From the IMG/VR virus record IMGVR_UViG_3300005253_000144, positions 38,175-102,174 of that record: a stretch of DNA of 64,000 bases; one strand, written 5' to 3'. Positions 1 to 9,799 of this stretch are shown here, one piece after another. Source of the stretch: a virus. Position 1 is the stretch's first letter. Every line of letters begins with the position of its first letter. Below the pieces are notes generated by a model. It was not told the DNA's origin and did not search any database. It saw only the letters and a list, made by a program, of their open reading frames with translations. A program made the translations under genes and the position numbers.

Positions 1-110
1 TCCCCCTTATTTTTCATTGGAGAAGAAGATTTCTTTGCCATACCTAATTACTACACTATAGCATAATTGTATGCGTATTATATAACAATAACCTTTTCAC
101 CATTCAGGGA

Positions 111-1733
111 TTATACCGATACAAATTTCGATTCCCTGAATCTGGTTTCTTCGCCCGTTATGAGCTTGTATGCGCCAGACAAACTATCTACTTGGTCATC
201 ATGGCCACCAAATGGAAACCCCGCCAATTCATTCAGCCATTCTCTGTTCCATATAGCTTTAAGAACCAATAGATTGCCAGCATTGAATTGACCTGCTATC
301 GGAGTTGCGCGAACAGCTTTTTTGCCCGTTGGACTATCACCATCAACATCAAATCCCTGCAACAAAATTATATAGCCGTGAATTAGGGTTTTACCTGCTG
401 CCCCGCCTTCCTGTTCAATTCTTATAGGAACTTTCGCGGTATCCAATATTGCTGTATCATATATTAGGTCGGCCACCCCTTCCGGGTCTAATCTGCGCCG
501 AATAACATCCAGCACGTAGGGACGGAATATTATTTTTCCAATCGCATTAACTTTGTCGGTTCTATATAATGCCATTAATGTCCCAACAGTGTAATCCGGA
601 TTGCGGCTAAACATTTCCTCTTCGGTGGCTGCCAAATCCCAATAACGCACATACCAAACGCCTTTCCCAAAACCCAAGGAAAGTAATTCGCCAGTATCGG
701 GATGTAAAGTGCCAACAGCTTCTGGAAGTGAATCAACATAATTAACATTGCCAATCTTAAACATTTGCCCCTTTGGTTTTGTGGGTCGCTGTTGATATTC
801 AGCCAAGAAAACCCGCGGAGCGTCTTTCTCTATCTCACGTAGGTATTCATAGGAATACCGTGAAGGGGCTAGAGCTTCACCAGGCTCACGTCCCAAAATA
901 TCTGGTAAGATTCCCAATTTCTCATCTGGTTCTTCCGCGATAGCCGCATATGAAAGGACTTTCCATCTCCCGCCCTCCTCAACCCTTCCTTCGCTGGCCA
1001 ATATCTGTCCGCCCAAATCTTCCTCATGCCAGCGGGTCATCATAAGGATTATAGAACCTTCCTCCCACATTCTAGTTTTGAATGTGCCTTTCCACCATTG
1101 CCAAGCATTTTCGCGAATAACGTCAGATTGAGCCGCAGCCCAATTTTCAATTGGGTCATCAATTATTCCTAAACCAAAGCCATGCCCAGTTATGGGACCA
1201 TCCAATCCCGCTGATATAACGTATCCCTTATGATTTGCAACGTGCCAATCCTTCATGCGCCAATTTTCTTTATCAGGCATCATGTGTGGAAATACCTGTT
1301 TGTATTGCGGCGTTAAAAAAACATCGCGCGCCATCCTTGAATTGCGTTTCGCAAGTGTGTCCCCGTAAGATATTAATGCGATAGGCATATCTGGTCGTTT
1401 TGCTAACCAAAAAGGTGGTAGACGTACTGAAACCAGCTCGGATTTTCCATGTTGGGGTGGCGCGAATAACATAAGGTGGCGGGTTTCACCAGCAACTACT
1501 TTATCAAGATTTTCGCAAATGTGTGCGTGGAACTTTTCTGTCTTATAGCGCAGATAGGTATGTTCTGTAAAATCTATCAGGTTTTCGCGGGCAAGCACTA
1601 CCTTCTTTGAATCTGGACCAGAAAGCTTTTCGCCCTCTAACGGTTCTATAAAATGCTCTGTAACAGCCTTGACAAGATGTGGATTGTGGTCATGAAAACC
1701 CCCCTTGGGCACGGTCGGCGTTTTAACTACCAT
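111..1733 (-). CDS. terL: Phage terminase large subunit (ATPase + RNase H-like nuclease)
   Basis: Walker A PPQHGKS, Walker B GIIDDP, MTRWHEEDL motif, C-terminal nuclease motifs YWDLA and HDDQVDSLS. Confidence 0.95.
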   Translation of the reverse strand: MVVKTPTVPKGGFHDHNPHLVKAVTEHFIEPLEGEKLSGPDSKKVVLARENLIDFTEHTYLRYKTEKFHAHICENLDKVVAGETRHLMLFAPPQHGKSELVSVRLPPFWLAKRPDMPIALISYGDTLAKRNSRMARDVFLTPQYKQVFPHMMPDKENWRMKDWHVANHKGYVISAGLDGPITGHGFGLGIIDDPIENWAAAQSDVIRENAWQWWKGTFKTRMWEEGSIILMMTRWHEEDLGGQILASEGRVEEGGRWKVLSYAAIAEEPDEKLGILPDILGREPGEALAPSRYSYEYLREIEKDAPRVFLAEYQQRPTKPKGQMFKIGNVNYVDSLPEAVGTLHPDTGELLSLGFGKGVWYVRYWDLAATEEEMFSRNPDYTVGTLMALYRTDKVNAIGKIIFRPYVLDVIRRRLDPEGVADLIYDTAILDTAKVPIRIEQEGGAAGKTLIHGYIILLQGFDVDGDSPTGKKAVRATPIAGQFNAGNLLVLKAIWNREWLNELAGFPFGGHDDQVDSLSGAYKLITGEETRFRESKFVSV

Positions 1734-2479
1734 TAAATATCGTTGGTCCCATCCCCAATCAATGTGTTTTCAGCGGCTGGAAAATAGCTACGGATACGAT
1801 TAATATATGCTTTCCTATCCTGAGGATTGGGGATAAATATAAACGCGGCCTGCTGCAAGAAAACCATCACTTCAATGACCTCGCTAACTGGCACATTTTG
1901 TAGGTTCTCTCTTGCCCATTTCTTTTGGGTATCTGAATTTTTCCTCATGAATTCTGTCACCTGCAAGATTTGTAACCATAGGTTGTGTTCCCGATTCGAA
2001 TCCTCAAGCAATGACCGAATCTCCCACAACGCCTCCTTTGCAGTAAGGATGCCCTTATCCCCTTGCCCCACATATTTTATTGCACGGTTAACCTGTTTTA
2101 AAACCGCTGCAACATCAACCCCTTCATGTTTCAAATCGTCCAATTTAAGTACTAATTGTTCCCACCTTGCACCCATTGCGGCCTGCTGCTCCACCATTTC
2201 CCAAATAGTGCTGTTCCCCATGATGCGATTAAATGCCGCTTCAATTTTTCTGGCAATGGAAAACTTTGAGCCGGGCGGACGACCGCCACGCGCGCCATGC
2301 ATCCGGCAAACTTTATATCCTTCTACCGGTCTATTCTTACAACGTCTATCGGTTTTACATTCAGGACATTTCCAGGTCTTATCCCCCTTGGTAAATCGAT
2401 GTTTACAGTTTGAGCATTTCTTTTTTCTTGCCTTGCACCTAGCCTTTTCAGCCGCGGCCTTTTCATCAGCTTTAGTCAT
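1733..2479 (-). CDS. Probable terminase small subunit
   Basis: Directly upstream of terL and abutting it; Cys-rich N-terminus with CRMHGARGG (HGGxSTG-like) followed by a helical region. Confidence 0.7.
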   Translation of the reverse strand: MTKADEKAAAEKARCKARKKKCSNCKHRFTKGDKTWKCPECKTDRRCKNRPVEGYKVCRMHGARGGRPPGSKFSIARKIEAAFNRIMGNSTIWEMVEQQAAMGARWEQLVLKLDDLKHEGVDVAAVLKQVNRAIKYVGQGDKGILTAKEALWEIRSLLEDSNREHNLWLQILQVTEFMRKNSDTQKKWARENLQNVPVSEVIEVMVFLQQAAFIFIPNPQDRKAYINRIRSYFPAAENTLIGDGTNDI

Positions 2480-2640
2480 TTATCACCCTTCCCTGCATCA
2501 TATTATATTGTATTTGTGTATGGGGCGTGGCGGGATAGCGGTGCCTATTGCGCGCAACCTCTGCCTCTTTATTCATGGTTTGCGGCATTTATTTTCTGCT
2601 TTTATGAATAGCTAATACGGTGAATGATATAATATCATAT

Positions 2641-2991
2641 ATGTCTGAGATAAACGAGCGCGCCATAGTGATATTCTTGCTCAATCAGATGGGGTTCAAA
2701 TCTGCCGATGAACGCAATTATAAGCGGCCTTATTACCAGTTGACAGGCGGCAAAATCATCTTATTTGCTGTGAAAAGCGAACCTGGGTTTTACTTTTTTC
2801 CTTTCAGCGACATAAAACATGCGTGGATGGTAATGAAGAGTTTGGGTAATGATGAAGATGCGCAAGATAAATTTGAGGGTTATTTTGTATATAACCAACT
2901 GGACATCATAGATATTACGCCACGCCATATTTGCATCGCCGCCGTAAAAGCACTTGCTGATGATGAGCAGTGCAAGGAGTGGGGATTGTGA
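2641..2991 (+). CDS. Small phage protein, ABA-sandwich-like family (paralog of 15546..15827)
   Basis: FPFSDIKHAWMV...ICIAAVKAL pattern; start moved to ATG 2641, downstream of an extended -10 element. Confidence 0.55.
   Translation: MSEINERAIVIFLLNQMGFKSADERNYKRPYYQLTGGKIILFAVKSEPGFYFFPFSDIKHAWMVMKSLGNDEDAQDKFEGYFVYNQLDIIDITPRHICIAAVKALADDEQCKEWGL
2932..2991 (+). repeat. 60-bp perfect repeat, inverted copy at 15546..15605
   Basis: tgcatcgccgccgtaaaagc...ggggattgtga matches the reverse complement of 15546-15605 exactly. Confidence 0.9.
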
Positions 2992-3662
2992 GCGAACAAG
3001 AACTAGCAAAGCATGTTGTGGCATGGCTTGAAGAGCAGCACTGGGATGTTTATCAAGAAGTACAGATTTTTAGGGGCGGGAAAGTAGCAGATATTATTGC
3101 CGTAAGAGGCAGTTTGTTATGGGTTATTGAATGTAAAAAATCTTTATCATTAGCAGTTATGGAGCAGGCTTCTTATTGGCGTACTCATTATCGCTCTGTT
3201 GCAGTACCCAGACAAAAAAATGAAATGCGAAGAGTGGGAATTGGTGTGGCGAAAAATTATTACCAGATTGGTGTGCTCACAGTAGGTGAAGGCTATTTTG
3301 ATTTTGGGGTTGATGAAATTGTTTCTGCACCCCTAAAAAGGGAATTTCATAGATTTGCAAAAGATATTCAGAAATGTTTATTGCCGGAACATAAAACATA
3401 TGCAATGGCAGGCTCAAACGATGGCGGACATTACACGCCTTATAAACGAACTATGGATGCTGTGAAAAGCTTTATTGAGAAAAACCCTGGTTGCACATTA
3501 AAGGAAATAATTGATTCCATTGGCAAAGGACATTATGCAAATAGTCAATCTGCAAGAGGGACTATCAGGGTAGCCCTATCAAACTGGGAAAGCGATTGGT
3601 GCCATATAGAGATAGCTACAAAGCCCTATAAATATTTTCTTGTTAGCAGCGCAAGGGATTGA
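2988..3662 (+). CDS. PD-(D/E)XK nuclease-fold protein with C-terminal winged helix
   Basis: YQEV...VADIIAV...VIECKK motif; GTG start overlaps the previous stop codon. Confidence 0.6.
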   Translation: MSEQELAKHVVAWLEEQHWDVYQEVQIFRGGKVADIIAVRGSLLWVIECKKSLSLAVMEQASYWRTHYRSVAVPRQKNEMRRVGIGVAKNYYQIGVLTVGEGYFDFGVDEIVSAPLKREFHRFAKDIQKCLLPEHKTYAMAGSNDGGHYTPYKRTMDAVKSFIEKNPGCTLKEIIDSIGKGHYANSQSARGTIRVALSNWESDWCHIEIATKPYKYFLVSSARD

Positions 3663-3667
3663 GGATT

Positions 3668-4444
3668 ATGAGTTTTCCAAAAGATTTAATTAGAGAACAT
3701 CCAGGTCTAGGGGATTGGAACATTTTACATGCCTATAGGGGTTCAATAGCTCATGGAATGTATATTCCTAAAAACGACCCTATTTCAATTGATGATAAGG
3801 ACACGATGGGGATTTGCGTTCCCCCAAAAGAATATTTCATCGGTACGAAAAGGTTTGCAAATAGGGGCACAAAAGAAATCAAGCGGGATGAATGGGATAT
3901 TGTCATCTATGAAATCCGCAAGGCAATCAGCTTGCTCACGAAGGGAAATCCCAATATGCTATCACTATTATGGGTTACCCCTCAATATTATATAAATATC
4001 ACTTGGGCAGGACAACTCTTGATTGATAATCGCGACCTGTTTTCTGGCAGGCATGTTTATAAATCATTCGCCGGGTATGCCAGCGGGCAACTTAAAAGGA
4101 TGACCAAGGGGAATCGGCAGGGGCATATGGGAGAAAAGCGTAAAGAGCTAATCGAACAATTTGGATATGACACGAAAAACGCTGCGCACTTAATGCGGTT
4201 ATTGAGGATGGGTATTGAATTCTTATCAACCGGCGAACTCAACATTGAAAGGCATGACGCCAAAGAACTATTAGAAATCAAGCGCGGGGAATGGTCTCTT
4301 GTAAAAGTTAAGCGAGAGGCAGAATTGCTTTTCTCGGACCACAGGCAAGCATTGATAAATTCCCCATTGCCCCTAGCTCCTGATAAGGAAGCCATTAATG
4401 CCCTTTGTATGGCCGTGGTTGAACTAGCACACAAAGGGCACTAG
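3668..4444 (+). CDS. Pol-beta superfamily nucleotidyltransferase, RlaP/YcgL-like (copy 1)
   Basis: YRGSIAHG, DxD (DDKDTMG), KGNPNMLSLLW, GYDTKNAAHLMRLLRMG motifs. Confidence 0.85.
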   Translation: MSFPKDLIREHPGLGDWNILHAYRGSIAHGMYIPKNDPISIDDKDTMGICVPPKEYFIGTKRFANRGTKEIKRDEWDIVIYEIRKAISLLTKGNPNMLSLLWVTPQYYINITWAGQLLIDNRDLFSGRHVYKSFAGYASGQLKRMTKGNRQGHMGEKRKELIEQFGYDTKNAAHLMRLLRMGIEFLSTGELNIERHDAKELLEIKRGEWSLVKVKREAELLFSDHRQALINSPLPLAPDKEAINALCMAVVELAHKGH

Positions 4445-4456
4445 AAGGACGGTGAT

Positions 4457-5188
4457 ATGAGACCAACACTTGCGCAGGGCAGATTGTTAAGATTGATGAG
4501 GGATAATCCAGAGGTTTATTTGCAGCGTAGTCAATATGGCAAAACAATACAATTCTCCATTGCGGGGAATTACAAAATGCGCAAGAAGATTCGTAGACAA
4601 ACCGGGGAGGCATTAGAAAAGGCGGGGTTTATAGAAGAGTGGTCTGGCGGCAGAACGTGGGAGAATGGATATAAAATAAGTGCGCTTGGAAAGAGCGCAA
4701 TCGAAAATTGGAAGGATATTGACTTTGAGGGCGACAAACACGGTGAGGCAAAACTGAGCCACCGCCAAGTATTTAGTGCTCTGTTGATAGCATTCTCTGA
4801 AAAACACCCTGGATGGCCAAGAAGATATATTTGCATTCCTGAATTGGTAAGCGACCAAATTGATAGGCGTATCGATTTATTTGTAATGGATTGCTGGAAA
4901 CCATATGTGAAAAGCAGTTATGAAATCAAGGTGAACAGGTCTGATTTCATAAAAGAAATGAAGTCGCCAGAGAAGAGACAGTTTGCCTTATCCATAAGCA
5001 ACCGTTTTTATTTCGCCACGCCAGAGGGACTAATTTCGCCAGATGAACTTCCAATAGAGGCGGGTCTAATAGAGGTAGCAGATGACAACACCATTTCAAC
5101 TGTTGTAGAAGCCCCCTACAGGGATGCCATTCCGCCAACCTGGGGGCTAATAACAAAGATATTCAGGTCAATGAATGGTGACAAATGA
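4457..5188 (+). CDS. MmcB-like PD-(D/E)XK nuclease
   Basis: RRIDLFV...YEIKVNRSDF...SNRFYFATP...ELPIEAGLI. Confidence 0.65.
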   Translation: MRPTLAQGRLLRLMRDNPEVYLQRSQYGKTIQFSIAGNYKMRKKIRRQTGEALEKAGFIEEWSGGRTWENGYKISALGKSAIENWKDIDFEGDKHGEAKLSHRQVFSALLIAFSEKHPGWPRRYICIPELVSDQIDRRIDLFVMDCWKPYVKSSYEIKVNRSDFIKEMKSPEKRQFALSISNRFYFATPEGLISPDELPIEAGLIEVADDNTISTVVEAPYRDAIPPTWGLITKIFRSMNGDK

Positions 5189-5561
5189 GAAGGCCGCTAA
5201 ATCCCCCCCTCACAATGGTCTAATAATGAGAAGCGATGGGCGCGATAGGTATAAGTCCGAGGTTTCTGCAATTGTCTTTAGTTATCGTCAAGCTCTTGGA
5301 AGAAAGAAAATAGGGAAACAATCATATGAACTTTCATTTCGGGACTTCGCCGCTATTCTCAACACAACTCTTAATCCCCTAGGAATGAAATGTAGCCATA
5401 CGACGATATCAAATTGGGAGAACCAAATTCACCTTCCGACATGGCATATTATGTACTCTCTGTCTCAACATGCACCGATTGGTATTATTAGGGACTTTGC
5501 ATTAGAGGTGTTTGGAGTCCTTCTAAGAAGACGTATGCATATAAAAGAAGAAAGGGAATAA
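5175..5561 (+). CDS. HTH (XRE-like) DNA-binding protein
   Basis: LSFRDFA...SHTTISNWENQIHLP. Confidence 0.6.
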   Translation: MVTNEKAAKSPPHNGLIMRSDGRDRYKSEVSAIVFSYRQALGRKKIGKQSYELSFRDFAAILNTTLNPLGMKCSHTTISNWENQIHLPTWHIMYSLSQHAPIGIIRDFALEVFGVLLRRRMHIKEERE

Positions 5562-5646
5562 ATTGAGTTAAATAAACGAACTCCCTAGCTCGCGGAGGAA
5601 GTTCGTTTAAACATAGGTTGGGTAACTAACACTATTATTAGAATAC

Positions 5647-5678
5647 AAAAAAGGCCTCCCGGATTTCGGGAGGCCTTT
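5647..5678. terminator. Bidirectional intrinsic terminator between convergent blocks
   Basis: 12-bp stem aaaggcctcccg/cgggaggccttt with an A-run on the left and TTT on the right. Confidence 0.8.
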
Positions 5679-5716
5679 CACCTTATACAAGATTGATTAG
5701 ATTTGGAGCCGCGGGG

Positions 5717-6361
5717 TTATTGTGTGCAGCTTAACGGGTATTTCAAAAATAGGTCTTCACAATCCGGTACTGATGTTTGGTCAACGCGCACGAAAAAGCC
5801 TGCCCCATACTCACCGGCGATTTCATACAAATGCATTGCACCATCACCGCGCCAACGACCAGGGAATTCCTTTTCATATATAACCGGGTCAGTGTCGGGA
5901 ACGGCAATTGAGCCTTGAGCATTAGCAGCGTCATTGAAAACTTGGTCGTAACTGATGGCATTATATGAGTTGTAAACTACAATAACTTCGTCAGCACCAA
6001 TAGTTTTCGCTGTGGGCACAAAGATGGGGAATCCGTTTGCGTTTATACCGACAAGTTCATATACGAACAAGTCTTGTTCAGCCTTTAGGTATAAGACGCC
6101 CCATTCTGCCGGGCAAGTATCCCAGGACATGCCTTCAACATCTTCCGGCCAGCCAGGTGGACAGGGGCTTTCTGTAGCGGTGGGTTCTGGAAGTGCCTCG
6201 GTAGGCGCGGCGGCTACAGCAGGGTCTACGGGTAGGGCTGGTGCGGGTGCCTCCGTAGCTTCATCGGCTTGGCCTCTCCAGCCACAGGCAGTCAAAAATA
6301 ATCCCAAGATAAGCAGGGCTAAAAAGGTAGCGATTTTCTTTGGTCCAAATATCCTCTTCAT
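5717..6361 (-). CDS. Lipoprotein with Pro/Thr/Ala-rich linker (lysis module)
   Basis: Signal peptide with lipobox LTAC; PTEALPEPTATE linker. Confidence 0.7.
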   Translation of the reverse strand: MKRIFGPKKIATFLALLILGLFLTACGWRGQADEATEAPAPALPVDPAVAAAPTEALPEPTATESPCPPGWPEDVEGMSWDTCPAEWGVLYLKAEQDLFVYELVGINANGFPIFVPTAKTIGADEVIVVYNSYNAISYDQVFNDAANAQGSIAVPDTDPVIYEKEFPGRWRGDGAMHLYEIAGEYGAGFFVRVDQTSVPDCEDLFLKYPLSCTQ

Positions 6362-6415
6362 GATGTTTTACTCTCCTTATGGTTAGTTGGATAAAAAAAG
6401 CTTATAATTTTCTAT

Positions 6416-7306
6416 TTAATTTTCATTGGCAGCTCCCAAATAATCCTGCAATAGGCGGGTCCAATAATCCACCTTGTCACTATATGTCCAGCCCCCAAAG
6501 GAATAGCATCTATCAGCCAATAACGATGCCCAGCTACAATTATAAGCAGCCATTGCCGCCCTAGTCGCATCACGTCCGGGCTGAAAGCCCTTTTCAATGG
6601 CCTGCTCAATAATTTGGTTGATTATTCTTGTCCCGCATTCGATATTCTTTGCTGGGTTTTTGAGTTGCTCGGCAGTAAGTCCACAGTTTCCGGGTGTCAG
6701 TGCCATGAGACCGATTGCGCAAGTCCCTCTTTTGGTGTCAAAATCGTTGCATTCAGCATAGTTATCACCCTGCGATTCCTGTGCAATGATACCAAGAACT
6801 ATTATATCCGTGGCATAGGGATAATCATTTCTTGCCAAAACATCATCAACTATGTATTTCCACCGTACAATTCTGCCCATCTGCCAAGCCAAAATCCTAG
6901 GCGGGTTTACAAACGTAATAACATTCTTATCCTCTGGAGGTGTGTAACGGTATTGTTTTATGGTGGGTAAGGATGCCTTTGGTTTGTTATTTGCATCATT
7001 GATATCTGGAACAGGCTTAATCGAAAAGGGCGAATTGAGAATCAGACTAACGCCATTGTTAATTGGTTTCGCAACGTCACTCCTTGTAATAACGGCTTGA
7101 CGCGGATACTCAATAGCGTACGCAGGTTTAACCCTAGCAGGTCCACCGAGTACCAAATCAACGCCAGCGTTAACTGGCTTTCCGGTATCGCTTCTGGTAA
7201 TAACGGCCTGACGTGGATATCCAATTGCCTGGACAGCTTGGGCATCAACGACCAAGAACATAACTGCCATAAAGACGCCCAGAAAAATATATCTAAATCT
7301 TTCCAT
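6416..7306 (-). CDS. Secreted lytic transglycosylase (SLT domain) with N-terminal tandem repeat
   Basis: IIAQESQG catalytic Glu, AIGLMAL, NIECG, AAYN motifs; N-terminal hydrophobic helix. Confidence 0.8.
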   Translation of the reverse strand: MERFRYIFLGVFMAVMFLVVDAQAVQAIGYPRQAVITRSDTGKPVNAGVDLVLGGPARVKPAYAIEYPRQAVITRSDVAKPINNGVSLILNSPFSIKPVPDINDANNKPKASLPTIKQYRYTPPEDKNVITFVNPPRILAWQMGRIVRWKYIVDDVLARNDYPYATDIIVLGIIAQESQGDNYAECNDFDTKRGTCAIGLMALTPGNCGLTAEQLKNPAKNIECGTRIINQIIEQAIEKGFQPGRDATRAAMAAYNCSWASLLADRCYSFGGWTYSDKVDYWTRLLQDYLGAANEN

Positions 7307-7589
7307 TGGAAACCAGACGTACTATTTTTTCTCCGTCATGAATTAGGCCAGCCACAGGTACTCCGATTATCGCGGTCACTAAATAGCTCACATAATCGAA
7401 AGCAACTCCTGAGCCTTCAATACCAGACAATGTGAAGAGATTTATTTCGGTGGCCGCGGCCATCAAAAAGACAAAGACAAATACAGCGTAGTGCTCCAAC
7501 TGCGCTTTGTCTTGCCTAACCAACTTGAAAACATTGATAGCGGAAAACGCAAATCCAGTAAGTAACGCGAGCGGTTCAAGTGCTTCCAT
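7293..7589 (-). CDS. Holin-like small membrane protein
   Basis: Three hydrophobic segments; lies in the lysis cluster; AGGAG RBS before ATG 7589. Confidence 0.55.
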   Translation of the reverse strand: MEALEPLALLTGFAFSAINVFKLVRQDKAQLEHYAVFVFVFLMAAATEINLFTLSGIEGSGVAFDYVSYLVTAIIGVPVAGLIHDGEKIVRLVSNGKI

Positions 7590-7713
7590 GGGTATTCTCC
7601 TATAAGGGGTTTGTGGGGGATGCGCCTGACTCGGCGCAAGATATTCTATACTATACACAGTTTCAGGGAAATTGCAAGTGAATTAAATTAAAGATTCCAT
7701 AAATTAAAATCAC

Positions 7714-7749
7714 GGGAAGTCTGTTTGCCCGCCGCCAGACTTCCCTTTT
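7714..7749. terminator. Hairpin/terminator
   Basis: gggaagtctg/cagacttccc 10-bp stem followed by TTTT on the + strand. Confidence 0.55.
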
Positions 7750-8229
7750 GTTGGGTTTATATATTTTATCCTGGAAGGAAAACTTATTGTCATTTCCAAG
7801 ATTCCCTTTTGTTATAGGGAATAAAATATTGCAACCTGCCCTTAAATTTGTAAACTACATCAACCGATTCTCCTGTGCGGCCTTCAACAAACGCGGCCGC
7901 TTCCTCTGGAGAGCAATGTGTGATAATCCACAAATCGCATTCAGGCAGTTCTTTCACGTTTTTAATTTCAATCAGTTTCACAATTTGTTACCTCCCAACT
8001 TAGTCTCATTGTTCGTTGGGGTATTTACCCAGTTTATAAACGGCTCTTTCTTACTGCGTTCCGGCATTCCCTGCCAACGCGCCCGACCAACCGTACCAGC
8101 CGACATGAGCCTGGGCTTGAGGTCTTTCCCTCGGTCACGCAGTTCTCTGCGAACGAGACCGGATGTCCAGGCCTCCAGGTAGTTCTCTACCAACGAGCCT
8201 TATGGGACAGGCAATTCCAGCACAAATGC

Positions 8230-8601
8230 CTAAGAAATAGGCATTTGTGTAGCACCTAAATTATAAGCCAATCCCAATTCTTTTGGTAGTTGAGTATATG
8301 TTTCCGCGGATAGCCAATCTTTGGGATGGGTGTTTCCCTTTGAATTATTGCATTCATGACAAGCGGGGACTAAGTTTTCCAATGCTTCAACTCCGCCCAG
8401 GATTTTCGGGATGAAGTGGTCAACAGTAAAAGCGGTAGGGTTTTTCATTCGCGGTTTTCCAAAATTCAGCTTTCTCCAACAATAGATACAGTTACCCTGT
8501 GTTTTTCCTAATATGCAAGCGCGCAAATTTATATCGATTGTTATCCAATAACCTTGTACTTTAACCCTAGGATTTTTGAAGCCGCCTAAAATACGTTTCA
8601 T
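8230..8601 (-). CDS. HNH endonuclease
   Basis: CIYC...TVDHFIPK..GG...NLVPACHECNNSKG. Confidence 0.9.
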   Translation of the reverse strand: MKRILGGFKNPRVKVQGYWITIDINLRACILGKTQGNCIYCWRKLNFGKPRMKNPTAFTVDHFIPKILGGVEALENLVPACHECNNSKGNTHPKDWLSAETYTQLPKELGLAYNLGATQMPIS

Positions 8602-9356
8602 TTGCGGTTCACTAATTTTATTAATTCATATAGACAGCCGCTTGAGGGAATTTCAGGGTCAGGCGGCGGGTCTACCGGAGGCACATCTTGAACTTTTAGA
8701 TAGCTATCCCAATCCCATAGGAAGTCGTTCCTATCCAATGTATGACCTGCTGTTTTATCCCAAGGGCTGAATTGATGGGCAACAACATCTTCCAGAACAT
8801 AGCCTCTAGGGATACCAAAGCGTGCAAAGTTTATGCCATAATACGCCGCCCATAAAGGATGCCGGAGGATTGAGATGGGGATATTTCTTGGCAATTCATA
8901 ATCCCACCACCATTTCCCGGTATAGTTCCAGATAAATTCTTCGTCCCACCACTTTCTTGCCTCTGCGAAAGCATCCACCAGCATATGCAGGCGCGCTAAT
9001 TTACTAATATGTGCTATCTGCCGGGGATGCTGTTCCACGTCTATCGCATAAATATCCTCGTCTTTGTGGTCTCCAATATGGTCGATACCAAGTTTTACTT
9101 GCTGCGCAGGACTGAGACCGCCTGAAAGATTAGCGTCAAATGTAATAAATGTTGTTGCACCGCGTAGCTCAAACATGTTTGCGGCAGTCCAATTATTTTC
9201 AAATTGTGAATCAATATGCCCCCTATAGTCAGGCGCCATAAAATAGCCGTCTGATACTTTACACATCGCCCCCTTGACCCCGGCATCTCTAAGCCTATTC
9301 CAGGGAAGAACTCCATTATGATGCGAAACATCGATGAAATCCATTACTGGAGCCAT
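8598..9356 (-). CDS. GH25 muramidase endolysin
   Basis: FIDVSHHNG, KVSDG, AIDVE, LWAAYY, HQFS, LDRN motifs. Confidence 0.85.
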   Translation of the reverse strand: MAPVMDFIDVSHHNGVLPWNRLRDAGVKGAMCKVSDGYFMAPDYRGHIDSQFENNWTAANMFELRGATTFITFDANLSGGLSPAQQVKLGIDHIGDHKDEDIYAIDVEQHPRQIAHISKLARLHMLVDAFAEARKWWDEEFIWNYTGKWWWDYELPRNIPISILRHPLWAAYYGINFARFGIPRGYVLEDVVAHQFSPWDKTAGHTLDRNDFLWDWDSYLKVQDVPPVDPPPDPEIPSSGCLYELIKLVNRK

Positions 9357-9478
9357 GTCTTTTCTCCTGTTTGTCTGATGGTCTATGCTTTTCTTCTACT
9401 TTATCACAGATTTATTCCATTAGTCAATAAGCTGAAGCGGTAAATGTTAATGTGCATTTGGATTTTTAATCAAAAAAC

Positions 9479-9763
9479 CCCGCAAATAATTGGGCGGTTA
9501 GCGTCAAGCATTTACGCTATACTCCAGGGCCTACTCCGCTTAAGCATCCGTATATCTGGCGGTCTTCCTTTAGCGTAATCTCTTGATTGGTTGGCTCTGT
9601 TTGCAGAGATTTCTCAACTAGGGTGCAATTATTCACCTAGCCTTCTTCTCACTATACCCCAGAAGCGGTTTTTCTCCTTGGTTTGAGTCTAGCGCGCCTA
9701 GCTCGGTATAGCGGCATCCACATCTCAGCTTGTTTTATAGCCAATCGCCCAATTAGTTACGGG
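9479..9763 (-). ncRNA. Putative 285-nt highly paired ncRNA
   Basis: 24-nt terminal inverted repeat (9479-9502/9740-9763) plus nested helices CAAGC/GCTTG, CGCTATAC/GTATAGCG, CCGCTT/AAGCGG, TCTGG/CCAGA, AATCTCT/AGAGATT; U-run follows on the minus strand; no credible ORF. Confidence 0.65.
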
Positions 9764-9799
9764 ATTTTTCGGTTTTTAAGGTTCACTTCTTTTCTTAGG

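Noticed and set aside
1827-2615. 262-aa + strand ORF and similar long antisense ORFs (10517..11044, 55489..56019)
   Set aside because: They lie fully opposite well-supported genes and have no recognisable motifs
9505-9610. tmRNA-like tag frame (GCA AAC...GAT TAC GCT; ANRANQSRDYAK...) in the 285-nt RNA
   Set aside because: No tmRNA acceptor (G3-U70, CCA) or T-arm in this RNA, the frame lacks an ALAA-type end, and the similarity is short enough to be chance
9479-9763. SRP RNA, RNase P RNA or 6S RNA identity
   Set aside because: The size fits, but I could not find the SRP helix-8 motif, the RNase P GAGGAAAGUCC/P4 motifs or a clear central 6S bubble
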